Source: an uncultured Colwellia sp.
Lineage (GTDB): Bacteria; Pseudomonadota; Gammaproteobacteria; Enterobacterales; Alteromonadaceae
Assembly (NCBI GenBank): GCA_913058405.1
Contig: CAJXRC010000002.1
Coordinates: forward strand, 2,932-66,931
Length of the DNA stretch: 64,000 nt
Direction: 5' to 3'
Positions 20,718 through 31,161 of this stretch are shown in pieces; positions within the stretch are counted from its first letter, which is position 1; each line of letters opens with the position of its first letter. Position numbers and translations under genes: made by a program. The notes beneath the pieces were generated by a model. The model saw nothing but the letters and a program-made list of their open reading frames with translations, did no database searches and had not been told where the DNA came from.

Positions 20718-23519
20718 TTACCATTCTTTTAAAAGGCTATTAGCAGCCTTTTTCTCAGGGAAACTTTGCTCACTATCTATCGCTTCAATTAAATACTTTT
20801 TAGCTTCTACTTTTCTTGAAAGAGCAAATAATGTGACGGCAGTATGGTACTTCACTTCAGCATTATCAAAGTCTTTGATCAGTGCTAAACGAAACAGTGC
20901 AATCGCTTGTTTGTGCTCACCTAATCTACTTTTAATCCAAGCAAGTGTATCAATAATAACGACGTTTTCAGGTAAATAACCATAGGCTTGTTGCGCATAT
21001 TGTTTAGCCTTATCAACATTACCTAAGGTAAATTCAACACTGGCGGCATTATTTAATAAAATAGGTAAGGGCCCATATTTTTTAATGAGTGTTTGGTATT
21101 GCTCAGCAGATTTTTGCATTTGAAGATTAGCTTTATAACTATCAGCAAGTGCGATAGCGACTAACATGTCATTAGGGTATTTCTTTAGCCACTTTTTCAG
21201 TGGGTTTATTGCTTTACTCGGATTATCTTGTTGTTTGTAACTACGATATAAACCGAGAATTGCTTGTTTTTGATCTGACTTTTCTAACGCGCGTAGATAA
21301 AACCTAATAGACTGCGTATTGTCACCTAAAGCAAGATATAAATCCCCTTTGAGTACCAAGGCTAAGCTATCACTTTGAGTAATATCGGCAATGGAAGAAA
21401 TTAGGCTTAATGAAAACCCTTCATTTTTATCCTTAATCGTGAGATTCACTAGACCAATATAAGCTGGCAAGTGCTTATCATCAGCTATTATGGCTTTCTT
21501 ATAAGATTTAATTGCACCAGTATTATCTCCAGCTTTCAGCTGTGCTCTAGCGAGGATGATGAGTGCATTCGCTTTTTTACGAGATTTTTCAACATATTCT
21601 CTTAATGCTAAGACCGCTTGTTGGTGTTTGTTTTGTTGTTGGTACAATGTGGCAATCGTCAGTAAAGCTTGTGGCTTTTTCGGATTTGCCCCAATAAATT
21701 CGTCGACTAAATCAACTGCTTCATCCAATTTATTTTGTTGCGTTAAAATACGACTTAACTTTAACACCACATAAAAGTCATTCGGATCTTGTGCATATGA
21801 TTTTTGTATCCAAAGTAAAGCGTTATCAATATCCTTCTTGAATAAATAACTGTCAGATATTTCAGTCATCAATAAAATGTTTTTATCAAATATTGCCAGT
21901 TTAGTTTGTAAAAATTTAAGTGCTTTATCAAAGTCACCAGCAATATTATCCATACGCGCTAAATGCACCATAGCAATGATGTTGGCATCATTTAACTTAA
22001 GTGATTGTTCAAATGCAGCTCTGGCTTCAGGCACTTGTCTGTTCAAGCCATAAAGAATACCAATGCGTTGTTGGAAAAAGCTGTTTTGTGGAAATTCTTT
22101 TATCAATGCCTTAGCAACATCAATCGCAGAAGTATAATTTTTGGTGTTTTGGTATGAATCAATAAGTAACAATTTGATTTGTGTACCATTAAGTTCGTTA
22201 TCCTTAACTGCAGATAGAACCTCGATGGCTGATTGATAGTCACCTGATTGCATTTTGCTGCGTGCTAAGTTACTGACACTGATGGTTGAGTGGGGGTAGC
22301 TATCAACTACTTTTTCAAAATAAAATTGTGCTTTAGCACTGTCTTCTAACTGTAAATACGTTAAGCCTAACAACGTGAGAATATCAGGGTTTCCTGGGCG
22401 TGCTACATTGGTTTTAGTGAGTAAGTTTCTTGCTGAATTTAAATCACCTTGCTCTATTTCAATACTAGCCAACATACGTACGCTATCAATATCAAATTCT
22501 ACGTAACTTAGATAATAACTTAGGTAGCGATGGGCATCATTTAAGTTACCAAATTGAAAATTAGTTAAGCCAGCTAAAAAATAGTAATCAGGGGTATTTC
22601 GCATGACTTCAGGTGGAACCGCAGCTAATGTTGCTATGACTTCAGTTAATTTCTTATTCCCTGAATCGTCATTGTCGATACTAGATAAACTGGCATTGAT
22701 TACTGCTTTTAAATAACCGGCTCTCGGCTCATTAGGGATTTCGTTAAGAATGAAATCTACATGAGGAGCGGCTTGCTGATATTCTTTTAATTCAATATGC
22801 AACATTGCTTTAGTTAAGCGAGCAGATAAGTGTTTATCGTTAATCTTGAGTGCTTCATCGATAGCAAGTAATGCACCTTGTCGATCATCTAAACGATGTA
22901 ATATTTTAGATTTTAAGATCCAGCCATTAATAAAGGGTTTCACACTGGTAAGAGATAAATCAATATAGCTTAATGCTTGATCAACCTCTGATGCTTGCAA
23001 AGCAATTTGTGCTCTACCTAACAAGGCTAACTGGTTTTTGGGTTTTAAACTAAGTGCTGTAATAAAAGCTTTATCGGCTAAGTTATATTGTTTTTTACCA
23101 ATATAAGCCTGGCCTCGAATGAGTAATAGCTCACTTTCAATTTGCTCGTTACGTTGACCTAATTTCGCCATCGCTATTGCTTCATCATACTTACCTTGTA
23201 ATACATAAGCTTGTCCGTATAGCGTAATCAATCGATCATTATCAACTTTACCATCTCTTGCGCGATCAAGCTCAATTTGTGCGGCAGAGCCATTGCCTTG
23301 AGTGATTAATATTTGCGCCATTAAAACCCGAGACGGCATATGCGTCGGGTTCTCTTGAATAATATTTTTTAGATGGATAATGGCACTAGAATACTCTTCA
23401 TTTTGAAAAGCAATTAAGGCTTCTTCATAATTGGCATCAAGTTTTTCATTAGCAAAGGTTGCAGCGGAAATAAATAATAATGAGAGTAGGGATGCACGTA
23501 AGCTATTTTTAATTTTCAT
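20718..23519 (-). CDS. Large secreted TPR-repeat protein, PEP-CTERM-system PrsT-like
   Basis: 933 aa with a signal peptide and TPR-like repeats throughout. Size and architecture match the PEP-CTERM system TPR-repeat protein family. It is divergent from a PEP-CTERM protein gene. There is no lipobox Cys. Confidence 0.6.
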   Translation of the reverse strand: MKIKNSLRASLLSLLFISAATFANEKLDANYEEALIAFQNEEYSSAIIHLKNIIQENPTHMPSRVLMAQILITQGNGSAAQIELDRARDGKVDNDRLITLYGQAYVLQGKYDEAIAMAKLGQRNEQIESELLLIRGQAYIGKKQYNLADKAFITALSLKPKNQLALLGRAQIALQASEVDQALSYIDLSLTSVKPFINGWILKSKILHRLDDRQGALLAIDEALKINDKHLSARLTKAMLHIELKEYQQAAPHVDFILNEIPNEPRAGYLKAVINASLSSIDNDDSGNKKLTEVIATLAAVPPEVMRNTPDYYFLAGLTNFQFGNLNDAHRYLSYYLSYVEFDIDSVRMLASIEIEQGDLNSARNLLTKTNVARPGNPDILTLLGLTYLQLEDSAKAQFYFEKVVDSYPHSTISVSNLARSKMQSGDYQSAIEVLSAVKDNELNGTQIKLLLIDSYQNTKNYTSAIDVAKALIKEFPQNSFFQQRIGILYGLNRQVPEARAAFEQSLKLNDANIIAMVHLARMDNIAGDFDKALKFLQTKLAIFDKNILLMTEISDSYLFKKDIDNALLWIQKSYAQDPNDFYVVLKLSRILTQQNKLDEAVDLVDEFIGANPKKPQALLTIATLYQQQNKHQQAVLALREYVEKSRKKANALIILARAQLKAGDNTGAIKSYKKAIIADDKHLPAYIGLVNLTIKDKNEGFSLSLISSIADITQSDSLALVLKGDLYLALGDNTQSIRFYLRALEKSDQKQAILGLYRSYKQQDNPSKAINPLKKWLKKYPNDMLVAIALADSYKANLQMQKSAEQYQTLIKKYGPLPILLNNAASVEFTLGNVDKAKQYAQQAYGYLPENVVIIDTLAWIKSRLGEHKQAIALFRLALIKDFDNAEVKYHTAVTLFALSRKVEAKKYLIEAIDSEQSFPEKKAANSLLKEW

Positions 23520-23788
23520 GGGATACCAATTTAATGATTATTCTCTGTATGGCGACAATGTGTGGTTAATCTTACTAAGCAACTAACGAGGATTAACAAA
23601 ATTCTTAGAATAAATAAAACGCTAAAATAGTAACACTGTTAGCCACTTCTTTGATAAACATTTATCTAAAAATAATAGGTGAAGTGTACTTTTTACTGTG
23701 TCAGGATTTTTTACAATAGAAGATATTACTCTATAGTTTTATCAACTTAACAGGTCTGATATGTTGCTATATGGTTAATTCTAAGTGT

Positions 23789-23797
23789 TGGTATAAT
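23789..23797 (+). promoter_or_regulatory. Candidate extended -10 promoter element for the PEP-CTERM gene
   Basis: TGGTATAAT (TGnTATAAT) ~100 nt upstream of ATG 23895. No convincing -35 element. Confidence 0.3.
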
Positions 23798-23894
23798 AAT
23801 TGCTTATTGCTGAGGTAATTGGTAATGAGTGTAAAAAATAACTAGCTCATTCTTTCTCTATTTCTCAATCTGAAAGTGATAACGTAATAAAACT

Positions 23895-24686
23895 ATGACT
23901 TTAATTAAAAAAATATTTAAAACTCTTGCGGTAACTGCTTTATTTTCATCTGCTAATGTTTTAGCTGCTGATTTCCTTGTTGATACTACTATTACAGACT
24001 CCATTGGCGATGCACATGGCCCTTCTGGTAAAGAATGGGTATATGAAATTGAAAAAATGGATGTTCAATGGGCAAGTAATGACGTAATTACCGTTGATGT
24101 TTATACCAATTTTGTTGATTACAATAATGAAAAAAGCACTGGTTCTACTAACGGTGTGAGTAATGGCAATATTGTTTTAGGTGATCTTCTTATTAGTACC
24201 AATGGTGATAATACTCCATTCAATTATGCCTTTGTATTATCTGATGATGATCGCGGCCAGAAGTACTATCAAAAAAGTCACTGGGATAAAACAGGTACTC
24301 TGACTGAGATTGATTCTACGGTAACGTCTAAAACGTACCACAATGAGTCTAATAGTGTACAAGACGGCGAGGTCATTGCAGGTAACCAAATTGGTAATGG
24401 CGTTGAGAGTGCTTGGTCTGTGGACAGACAAAATACTGGTAGCAACCGCGATAATTATGATGTGATTAGCTTTAGTTTTAACGTAAATGGTATTGATGCC
24501 TTTCAAAATGCTTCACAGCTGGCGTTCAGTTGGGCAATGTCTTGTGCAAATGATATGGTACATGGTGTAGTAGATGTTAACCGTCCTACCAGTGTTCCAG
24601 AGCCGACAACATGGTTACTTATGCTGTTAGCACTTGTTTTCATGGCTAAAAAGCACAATAAAAAAGCCAATGACTTTTCTGCTTAG
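23895..24686 (+). CDS. PEP-CTERM sorting-domain secreted protein
   Basis: N-terminal signal peptide. The C-terminus VPEPTTWLLMLLALVFMAKKHNKK is a PEP motif plus a TM helix plus a basic cluster. Confidence 0.85.
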   Translation: MTLIKKIFKTLAVTALFSSANVLAADFLVDTTITDSIGDAHGPSGKEWVYEIEKMDVQWASNDVITVDVYTNFVDYNNEKSTGSTNGVSNGNIVLGDLLISTNGDNTPFNYAFVLSDDDRGQKYYQKSHWDKTGTLTEIDSTVTSKTYHNESNSVQDGEVIAGNQIGNGVESAWSVDRQNTGSNRDNYDVISFSFNVNGIDAFQNASQLAFSWAMSCANDMVHGVVDVNRPTSVPEPTTWLLMLLALVFMAKKHNKKANDFSA

Positions 24687-24737
24687 TTCGCTTTGTCTTG
24701 ATTCTGTAATTATAAGAATTAACTAGCAACCAAGTAT

Positions 24738-24766
24738 AAAAAAAACGACCTTTAGGTCGTTTTTTT
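24738..24766 (+). terminator. Rho-independent terminator
   Basis: aaaaaaaacgacc-ttta-ggtcgttttttt: a stem followed by a 7-T run, ~50 nt after the PEP-CTERM gene stop. Confidence 0.85.
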
Positions 24767-24859
24767 ATGCTCGAAACAAACATATGATTACCCATATAGA
24801 TAAAGCTGTTAACATGCTCATCATTAATCGCTTTATCCAGTAAACGTTACAGAATACCT

Positions 24860-25072
24860 ATGACAGATAAAAATGATGACAGTATTTGTCCCTTATGCCA
24901 GCAAAAGAATCGCTGCGGTGTTAAAGCGGCCAGTAATTGCTGGTGTATGAATACTCAAGTGCCTGAAGCGCTGTTAGCAAAAATACCAACGCATCTGAAA
25001 GGCATTAGTTGCGTATGCAATGCTTGTATTGATCGTTATTGGCTTCAACAACGTGTAAAAGCAAAAGAATAA
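24860..25072 (+). CDS. Cysteine-rich CWC family protein
   Basis: 70 aa with CPLCQQKNRC, CWC and CVCNAC motifs. Confidence 0.7.
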   Translation: MTDKNDDSICPLCQQKNRCGVKAASNCWCMNTQVPEALLAKIPTHLKGISCVCNACIDRYWLQQRVKAKE

Positions 25073-25190
25073 TAATTTGATGATTATGATGACTGTGCAA
25101 AGCGTAAAAATAAAAGCACAACAGCATAAATAATTTTTAGGGCTTAGCTCTACGCAAATAGTTCGCATTCAAGTAACATACCTCCTATAA

Positions 25191-26699
25191 ATGTATTTTC
25201 TCGAAACCGTTATGAATAAAACCTCAGAGGCATATCAGCCATTACTTAGCTCAAATGCAAAAGTTGCCATAATTGGTGGCGGTGTTGCGGGTTCAACTAT
25301 CGCATTGCGTTTTGCAGAATTAGGCTTAGACACTACGCTGATAGAAAAGGGTCCAAGCTTAGTTAATGGCCCGCCTATTTGTCACTTGCATGCTGGCGGT
25401 AACTTGTACCGTGAGATTTGTGATGAACAATGCCTTACATTATTACAGCAATCAATAGACACGGTTAAAGTCTATCCTCAAAGCGTTAATATTCGGCCAA
25501 CAGTGATAGCTTTGCCTAAAACCGATAAGGGCCAGCCAGAAGATTTACTACCTCGATTAAAGAAGTTACGTGCTAAATACAGTGAACTTGTCACTCAAGA
25601 TAGTGATAACAAGGTACTTGGGGAACCAGAAAACTATTTTCGATTTTATTCACGCGCAGAGCTTGATGCTTTACGTGAATTACCTTTAGCCAAAACGGCA
25701 CAACATGATAGTGATTGGTTAATCGCTTTTGCACAACACGTTGATTTAGATAGTTTGAAGTTTCCTGTATTGCTCGTGCAAGAGTATGGTTTATCTGCGT
25801 TTCGTTTTGCCGCTATCGCAAGCTTAGCAATAGAGGAGTTACCTAGTTGTCATCTTCAAACCGATAGCCAAGTGGTTGCCATTACTCAGGACGACAGTAC
25901 CTTAGGTTGGCAAGTATCGACTCAAGCATTATCTCCACACCATCAAAGTCCGACTATCATTGAACAGCACTTTGACTATGTTATTAATGCTTGCGGTTTT
26001 AAAAGTGGTGAAATTGATGACATGGTCAGCGCCAAACGTAAACGTATGGTGGAATTCAAAGCGGCTTATGTTGCACATTGGCCTCAATGCCAAGGGTTAT
26101 GGCCTGAGATTGTTTTTTATGGTGAGCGAGGTACTCCGCAAGGTATGGCGCAATTAACTCCTTACCCTGATGGTTATTTTCAGCTACATGGCATGACACA
26201 AGACATCACCTTATTTGACCAAGGATTAGTTGCGAGTTCGTTAGAAAGTGCGCAGCCGCAATTAGCAAAGCGCTTTATCGAAAAGATTGATAAAAAATGG
26301 CCAGAGCAGTTAGTGCATAATCGAACCTTAGGTTCTATTGATCATATTGCTCAGTTTGTTCCTACTTTTGATACCGCAACGGTTGCAGCTAAACCGCTAT
26401 TTGGTGCGCAGCAAATTCCGGGTGAAGATGCTGATTTACGTGCTGCTGATGTGTCATTCTATGGTCAACACTATGCACGTACTGAAATAGTTAAAGCCTC
26501 ATCGGCTTTAGCCGCAGCCGATGCAATTTTAAATAATCTAGTCGATTGCGGATTAATTGATGCATTACAATTAGGCGATTATCTAACGCAGCATTACTTC
26601 CCCGTAAGCCAACAGTGCTGCGAAATAAAAGTAACTGAACGTGCAATGATGTTAGCTAAGCAGCGCGATTATCCAATGGCGTTAGCAAAAAACCTGTGA
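25191..26699 (+). CDS. FAD-dependent oxidoreductase
   Basis: VAIIGGGVAGS dinucleotide-binding motif followed by an acidic residue (LIEKG). ~500 aa. An alternative start is at 25212. Confidence 0.7.
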   Translation: MYFLETVMNKTSEAYQPLLSSNAKVAIIGGGVAGSTIALRFAELGLDTTLIEKGPSLVNGPPICHLHAGGNLYREICDEQCLTLLQQSIDTVKVYPQSVNIRPTVIALPKTDKGQPEDLLPRLKKLRAKYSELVTQDSDNKVLGEPENYFRFYSRAELDALRELPLAKTAQHDSDWLIAFAQHVDLDSLKFPVLLVQEYGLSAFRFAAIASLAIEELPSCHLQTDSQVVAITQDDSTLGWQVSTQALSPHHQSPTIIEQHFDYVINACGFKSGEIDDMVSAKRKRMVEFKAAYVAHWPQCQGLWPEIVFYGERGTPQGMAQLTPYPDGYFQLHGMTQDITLFDQGLVASSLESAQPQLAKRFIEKIDKKWPEQLVHNRTLGSIDHIAQFVPTFDTATVAAKPLFGAQQIPGEDADLRAADVSFYGQHYARTEIVKASSALAAADAILNNLVDCGLIDALQLGDYLTQHYFPVSQQCCEIKVTERAMMLAKQRDYPMALAKNL

Positions 26700-26725
26700 A
26701 ATCCTCTCTATTCTTAACGCTATAG

Positions 26726-27406
26726 TTAATGTTTTAGTGCGGTTAGTAGTTCAGCAAAAGTATCAAAGCACCACTGCGGCTGATATTGATTGATATCCTC
26801 TCCGTAGTTATAACCATAGGTTAAGCCGACACTATCTATGTTGGCTGCTTTTGCCGCTAAGATATCATTTTTAGAATCGCCAATCATCACACACTCTTCA
26901 GCCGTGACGTTAAGTTGCTCTAGGGCATAGTGTAACTGTGCTGGATGGGGTTTTTTCTCCGCTAACGTATCACCACCAATTAATAACTCAAACAGGTTAT
27001 CAATACCTAAGCCCGTTAAGATCGGTTGAATAAAAATGGCCGGTTTGTTGGTAATAATCGCAAGGCGGAAGCCTGCCGCTTTTAAGGAAAGCAACCCTTC
27101 TTGAACATCGTCATACAATACTGATTCTATACATAAGCACTGCTGGTAATGGGCTAGAAAAATGCTTAGCGCATCTTTAGTGTGCGTTTTATCTAATTCT
27201 ATATCAATGATTGCTGAACCCGATAATGCGCGTTCAATTAATACCTTGGCACCATTACCTACCCAATGGTGAATTGTGTCTTGGTCGAAAGTCGCTTTGT
27301 TTAAATCTTTAAGGGTTCTATTTACGGCTAAAGCAAGATCAGGGGCACTGTCTACTAAGGTGCCATCGAGATCGAATAACAGGACATTTTTTTCTTCAAG
27401 ATTCAC
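26726..27406 (-). CDS. gph: Phosphoglycolate phosphatase (HAD superfamily)
   Basis: HAD motifs LFDLDGTLVDS, ITNK and GDSKNDI. 226 aa, Gph-like. Confidence 0.8.
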   Translation of the reverse strand: MNLEEKNVLLFDLDGTLVDSAPDLALAVNRTLKDLNKATFDQDTIHHWVGNGAKVLIERALSGSAIIDIELDKTHTKDALSIFLAHYQQCLCIESVLYDDVQEGLLSLKAAGFRLAIITNKPAIFIQPILTGLGIDNLFELLIGGDTLAEKKPHPAQLHYALEQLNVTAEECVMIGDSKNDILAAKAANIDSVGLTYGYNYGEDINQYQPQWCFDTFAELLTALKH

Positions 27407-27763
27407 AGGTTTCTCAATAGGGGATAGGAAAAAGTTAGGTGATTATTTTACCATGTCATTGGTAATAGTGCAGGCAAAAGTGCTGTCAGGAATAGCCAAT
27501 TGCCCGAGCTTAGATTTTATAGCCGATATTCTGTATTGGAGTTAAGTGAAATTACTACCATTTATATTAAATAAGGCTATAACTTTCACTTTAAAATAAG
27601 CCGTGGCATGAATTTCAAGAACAAGGTGTTTGCTTAAAAAATGAGAAAGTCTGCATAAATATTACATCGTATTACAGCCACTATTACTTTTAATCTTCCT
27701 ATGCCTATAATGTCGTGACTTGTTTTTATGCAGTTGAAATTTAAATTAAAAAAGGAAAGAGTT

Positions 27764-28318
27764 ATGAATGCACCGGAAAACCTAGCACTTGATATGCAAA
27801 CCATTACCGTGCCGTTCACGTCCAATATCGATGATGATTTAGTTGGTTCAGTGGTAACTTTCTTTAAAGTTCAACCTACTCAAAGTGGTGAGGATTGGGT
27901 TACTGAATTAGTTAATACCTCCACTGCGACAGCATCGCTAGCCCCATCTTTATTATTTCAATTTGAGTCAGTTAACACCCCCAGTGGTATACAAAAAGAA
28001 CTTGAACCGCATCAGAAAGTAACGCTGATTGTTGACCTACAACAAAATGAAACTGAGTTGTGGCAATTTTATGGGGCAGGTGTTGTTTTTATTGATGAGC
28101 CGCCAGCAAATCAATTGCGCGTACAAACCGAAATAAAATACCAAGGACAGCGTTTAGTTATCACGGTAGATAATGTCGACAATAATTTGGATATTACTGA
28201 ATTAGCCTTTCGTTATGTTGCTTCGTGCATAGATGTAAGTAATAAAGGTGCTGGCGAATTGAAGGTATATTATTCGCAAGATCCTAAGATTGCGGTGCGA
28301 CGACGTAAAGATAATTAA
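27764..28318 (+). CDS. Hypothetical protein (no recognisable motif)
   Basis: An SD-like aggaaag lies 5 nt upstream of ATG 27764. 184 aa, acidic, with a basic C-terminal tail (RRRKDN). Convergent with the kinase gene, 10 nt apart. Confidence 0.5.
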   Translation: MNAPENLALDMQTITVPFTSNIDDDLVGSVVTFFKVQPTQSGEDWVTELVNTSTATASLAPSLLFQFESVNTPSGIQKELEPHQKVTLIVDLQQNETELWQFYGAGVVFIDEPPANQLRVQTEIKYQGQRLVITVDNVDNNLDITELAFRYVASCIDVSNKGAGELKVYYSQDPKIAVRRRKDN

Positions 28319-28328
28319 TAGAGAACAA

Positions 28329-31160
28329 TTAGTTGAGTTGGCAGCGTTCTGCTTTGCCAGCTTTAGTTACTATTTTTTGAAAGTCAGTGTTACTGCACAG
28401 GGGATCAAACCATGGTAAATTAAACCAAATAATGCCAAAACCAGCCGATAAGGCTTCTTCTATTTGGTTATTTGCTGATATCTGCTCACCTAATTGGCTG
28501 TATATTAATGCAGCAATAAAAGCAGCTTCTCCGCTTTCGGGAGCTAATTTTTTTGCTTGGTTGATAGCTTTAATCGCTTTCCTATGCTGCCCTGAATGCA
28601 CGTAAGCTTGAGCAATGATTAATAGTGCTTCGAGATCTTGTTGTTGGTGAGACAGTTGGATGACCTGTTGATATAAGGGAGTAGATTGTTCTGTCATGCC
28701 TAAGATCAGTTTGATATCCGCTAAATTTAACAATCTTGTTGGGTGCTTAGGGCTATTTTTTACTGCCAATTGGGCCATTCTTAAGGCATCTTGATAACGA
28801 CCAGCAAGGGTATAGGCCAAACCTAAATTATCTATATCACTGCTTTGCGGGTTTATTTTGATGATCGCTTCATACATTTCTATAGCAGATGTTAGTTCCC
28901 CTTCAGATAAATAAATATCAGCTAATAATTGTTTGGCATCATAATCTTGGGGTATGGTATGGAGCAATATATCAAGAGTGTTTTTGGCATTGCTAAAATC
29001 ACTTAGCCAGTAGTAACTTAGTGCTAAATTGTACAGTAATTTGGTGCTAGGTCGTAGCATTTGTGCCGATTGGTAGTTTGAGATCGCTTGCGACAATTCA
29101 TTGTTGTCCATATGCAAGGCTGCTTGCAATTCTAGCCGAACAGATTCACCGATTCCTCGTTGGATAGCAATGTCTAATTGTTTTCTCGCTTGATCAAAGT
29201 CTCTTAAATCGAGCGAAATAAAAAAGATATCGATAGCTTGAAAAACACTGTATTTATAGTCTGGTGGAGCTAGCGATAATACTTTTTTTGCTTTTTTTAC
29301 ATATTTTATCTCGTTAGTTTTATGGTATAAAGCTCTAGCTGTTTCTCTGTATAAGGCATAAGCACTATATAAATAGGGTGAGTTGGTGAGTATATTTTGC
29401 AATTTCTCTAATGTACTGTCGTCACTGCGCCCCTCTAATAGAACACTATTATAAAGCGTGGCAAAAGCTAGGTAATCTTGTTGTTTAACTGACTGTTCGG
29501 TTAAATACTTTTCATTATACTGTGGATATATGCCAGCAAGATATGATTGGGTAATTTCTTTGATATCATAATAGTTCTCTATTTGACTCGGCCATTTTTT
29601 CTGTGCCAAGACGGTCCACTTGTCAGTATTACTGTTATCGTTACTATTACTTACAGTGAGACGTGACAAGGTGACGTCACACTTAACATTATTACAGCTA
29701 AGCTGGGTGGTGATTATGTCACTTGCCCCTGTTGCCGCCGCAATGTCCGCAAGGGAGACAGTTTCACCCGCTGAGTTTTTACTGACTCCAGCAACTTCTC
29801 GACGAGAAATTAATCTCAGGCCTTTAGTATTAATAATGCTCTGGCGAATAGCATCATCTAGTGTCGCAGTGACTAAGTCCTTTTGCATACCAGCAATGGG
29901 GTTTTCAGCATTACTATTCGTGATAGTTGCGGGCAACACCACGATATAACGTGCTGGCAAGTCGTCTGGAGCAAATAAGGTTTCCCTATAAATCCCCACG
30001 CCAACTAACAAGCTTACTAGCAAAGCAAACCCTGCAAAAATAAACCGTCTGCTTTTATGTTTATTAATCGCTACGTTATCTGTGGATGTTTGGCTAGTAG
30101 TTAGCTGATTAGCAGCTAGTTCACTAGTCGATAATGCACTGTTTGATAACTCATTGGCAATCAGTGCAGCAGCAAACTCAGTTGATAGTTCGGCAGTGAT
30201 AGGCTGAGTATCTTCAGCCAGTATTTCTTGCTGGGTAAGATGCTTAGTGAGTTGTTCAAATTGCTGTGTAACCCACTGGCTAGATTGCGGACGACCTTCT
30301 GGTTGATGGGATAATAGTTTATTCAGTAAATTGATTAACTCTCGCGGTAACTGCGGCACTATGTCTTGTGCTTGTTGGCACTGTGCATTGAGAATGTTTT
30401 GCGCTGTCTGCGTTGCGGTTTCACCAGCAAAGGGATGACGGCCGCTAATTAACTGAAAAGCGATAATACCTAAAGAAAATAAATCACTTCTAAAATCAAT
30501 GGCATTGTTTGTTTGGCCGTCTACAAAAGTTGCATTGGCATTGGTGCTAGGTAGAGCTTGGTATAGCTGCTCTGGCGACATTGCTGTTTGACTGCCAAAA
30601 CTTTGCGAGTTATTTGCGGTTTTGGCATTTCCACTGGTCAATTTGGCAATGCCAAAATCGACAATTTTAACGCCGCCATTACCATCAATGATGATGTTGC
30701 TTGGTTTTAAATCACAGTGCACTATGCCCTGAGCATGTGCTGCGGTTAAACCCTTACTAATTTGGCTGATAATGGCAAGTTTCTGTGAAAGCGAGCTAAC
30801 GTTCTCTTGCTGATAATGATGTAGCGTTTTGCCGGCAAGGTATTCCATCACTAGGCATATTTGCTCATCTTCTTGAGTAATATCGAAGATTTGCACAATA
30901 TTGGCGTGATTTAGCTTAGCTAATAACTGTGCTTCTAGTAGTGCGTTTTCTATTAGGTTAGCATCGCAGTCATCAGTACTAGCATTATTATTTGGCGCTG
31001 AGTGCGTTGTGGCAAATGCAGGCTTGAGAGTTTTAATGGCCACTGTGCGGTGTAAGCGCTGATCTTCGGCCAAATAAATTTGTCCCATGCCACCTTGGTT
31101 GAGTAGCTTGATAATTTTGTAATGACTGAGGTGAGTGCCAAGTGGGCTTAAGTCTGACAA
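28329..31160 (-). CDS. Membrane Ser/Thr protein kinase with extracytoplasmic domain and C-terminal TPR repeats
   Basis: Hanks kinase motifs are present: GGMGQIY, VAIKTLK, HCDLKPSNIII, DFGIAK and SPEQ. One TM segment (FIFAGFALLVSLLVGVGIY) is followed by ~550 aa containing TPR repeats. The TTG start lies 1 nt after the FHA gene stop. Confidence 0.9.
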   Translation of the reverse strand: MSDLSPLGTHLSHYKIIKLLNQGGMGQIYLAEDQRLHRTVAIKTLKPAFATTHSAPNNNASTDDCDANLIENALLEAQLLAKLNHANIVQIFDITQEDEQICLVMEYLAGKTLHHYQQENVSSLSQKLAIISQISKGLTAAHAQGIVHCDLKPSNIIIDGNGGVKIVDFGIAKLTSGNAKTANNSQSFGSQTAMSPEQLYQALPSTNANATFVDGQTNNAIDFRSDLFSLGIIAFQLISGRHPFAGETATQTAQNILNAQCQQAQDIVPQLPRELINLLNKLLSHQPEGRPQSSQWVTQQFEQLTKHLTQQEILAEDTQPITAELSTEFAAALIANELSNSALSTSELAANQLTTSQTSTDNVAINKHKSRRFIFAGFALLVSLLVGVGIYRETLFAPDDLPARYIVVLPATITNSNAENPIAGMQKDLVTATLDDAIRQSIINTKGLRLISRREVAGVSKNSAGETVSLADIAAATGASDIITTQLSCNNVKCDVTLSRLTVSNSNDNSNTDKWTVLAQKKWPSQIENYYDIKEITQSYLAGIYPQYNEKYLTEQSVKQQDYLAFATLYNSVLLEGRSDDSTLEKLQNILTNSPYLYSAYALYRETARALYHKTNEIKYVKKAKKVLSLAPPDYKYSVFQAIDIFFISLDLRDFDQARKQLDIAIQRGIGESVRLELQAALHMDNNELSQAISNYQSAQMLRPSTKLLYNLALSYYWLSDFSNAKNTLDILLHTIPQDYDAKQLLADIYLSEGELTSAIEMYEAIIKINPQSSDIDNLGLAYTLAGRYQDALRMAQLAVKNSPKHPTRLLNLADIKLILGMTEQSTPLYQQVIQLSHQQQDLEALLIIAQAYVHSGQHRKAIKAINQAKKLAPESGEAAFIAALIYSQLGEQISANNQIEEALSAGFGIIWFNLPWFDPLCSNTDFQKIVTKAGKAERCQLN

Positions 31161-31161
31161 A

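Noticed and set aside
20686-20979. 97-aa plus-strand ORF overlapping the 3' end of the TPR gene
   Set aside because: It is a shadow ORF of the TPR gene. Its start also sits within the terminator-like hairpin region.
29620-29949. 109-aa plus-strand ORF inside the kinase gene
   Set aside because: It is antisense to the kinase extracytoplasmic domain frame and has no motifs.
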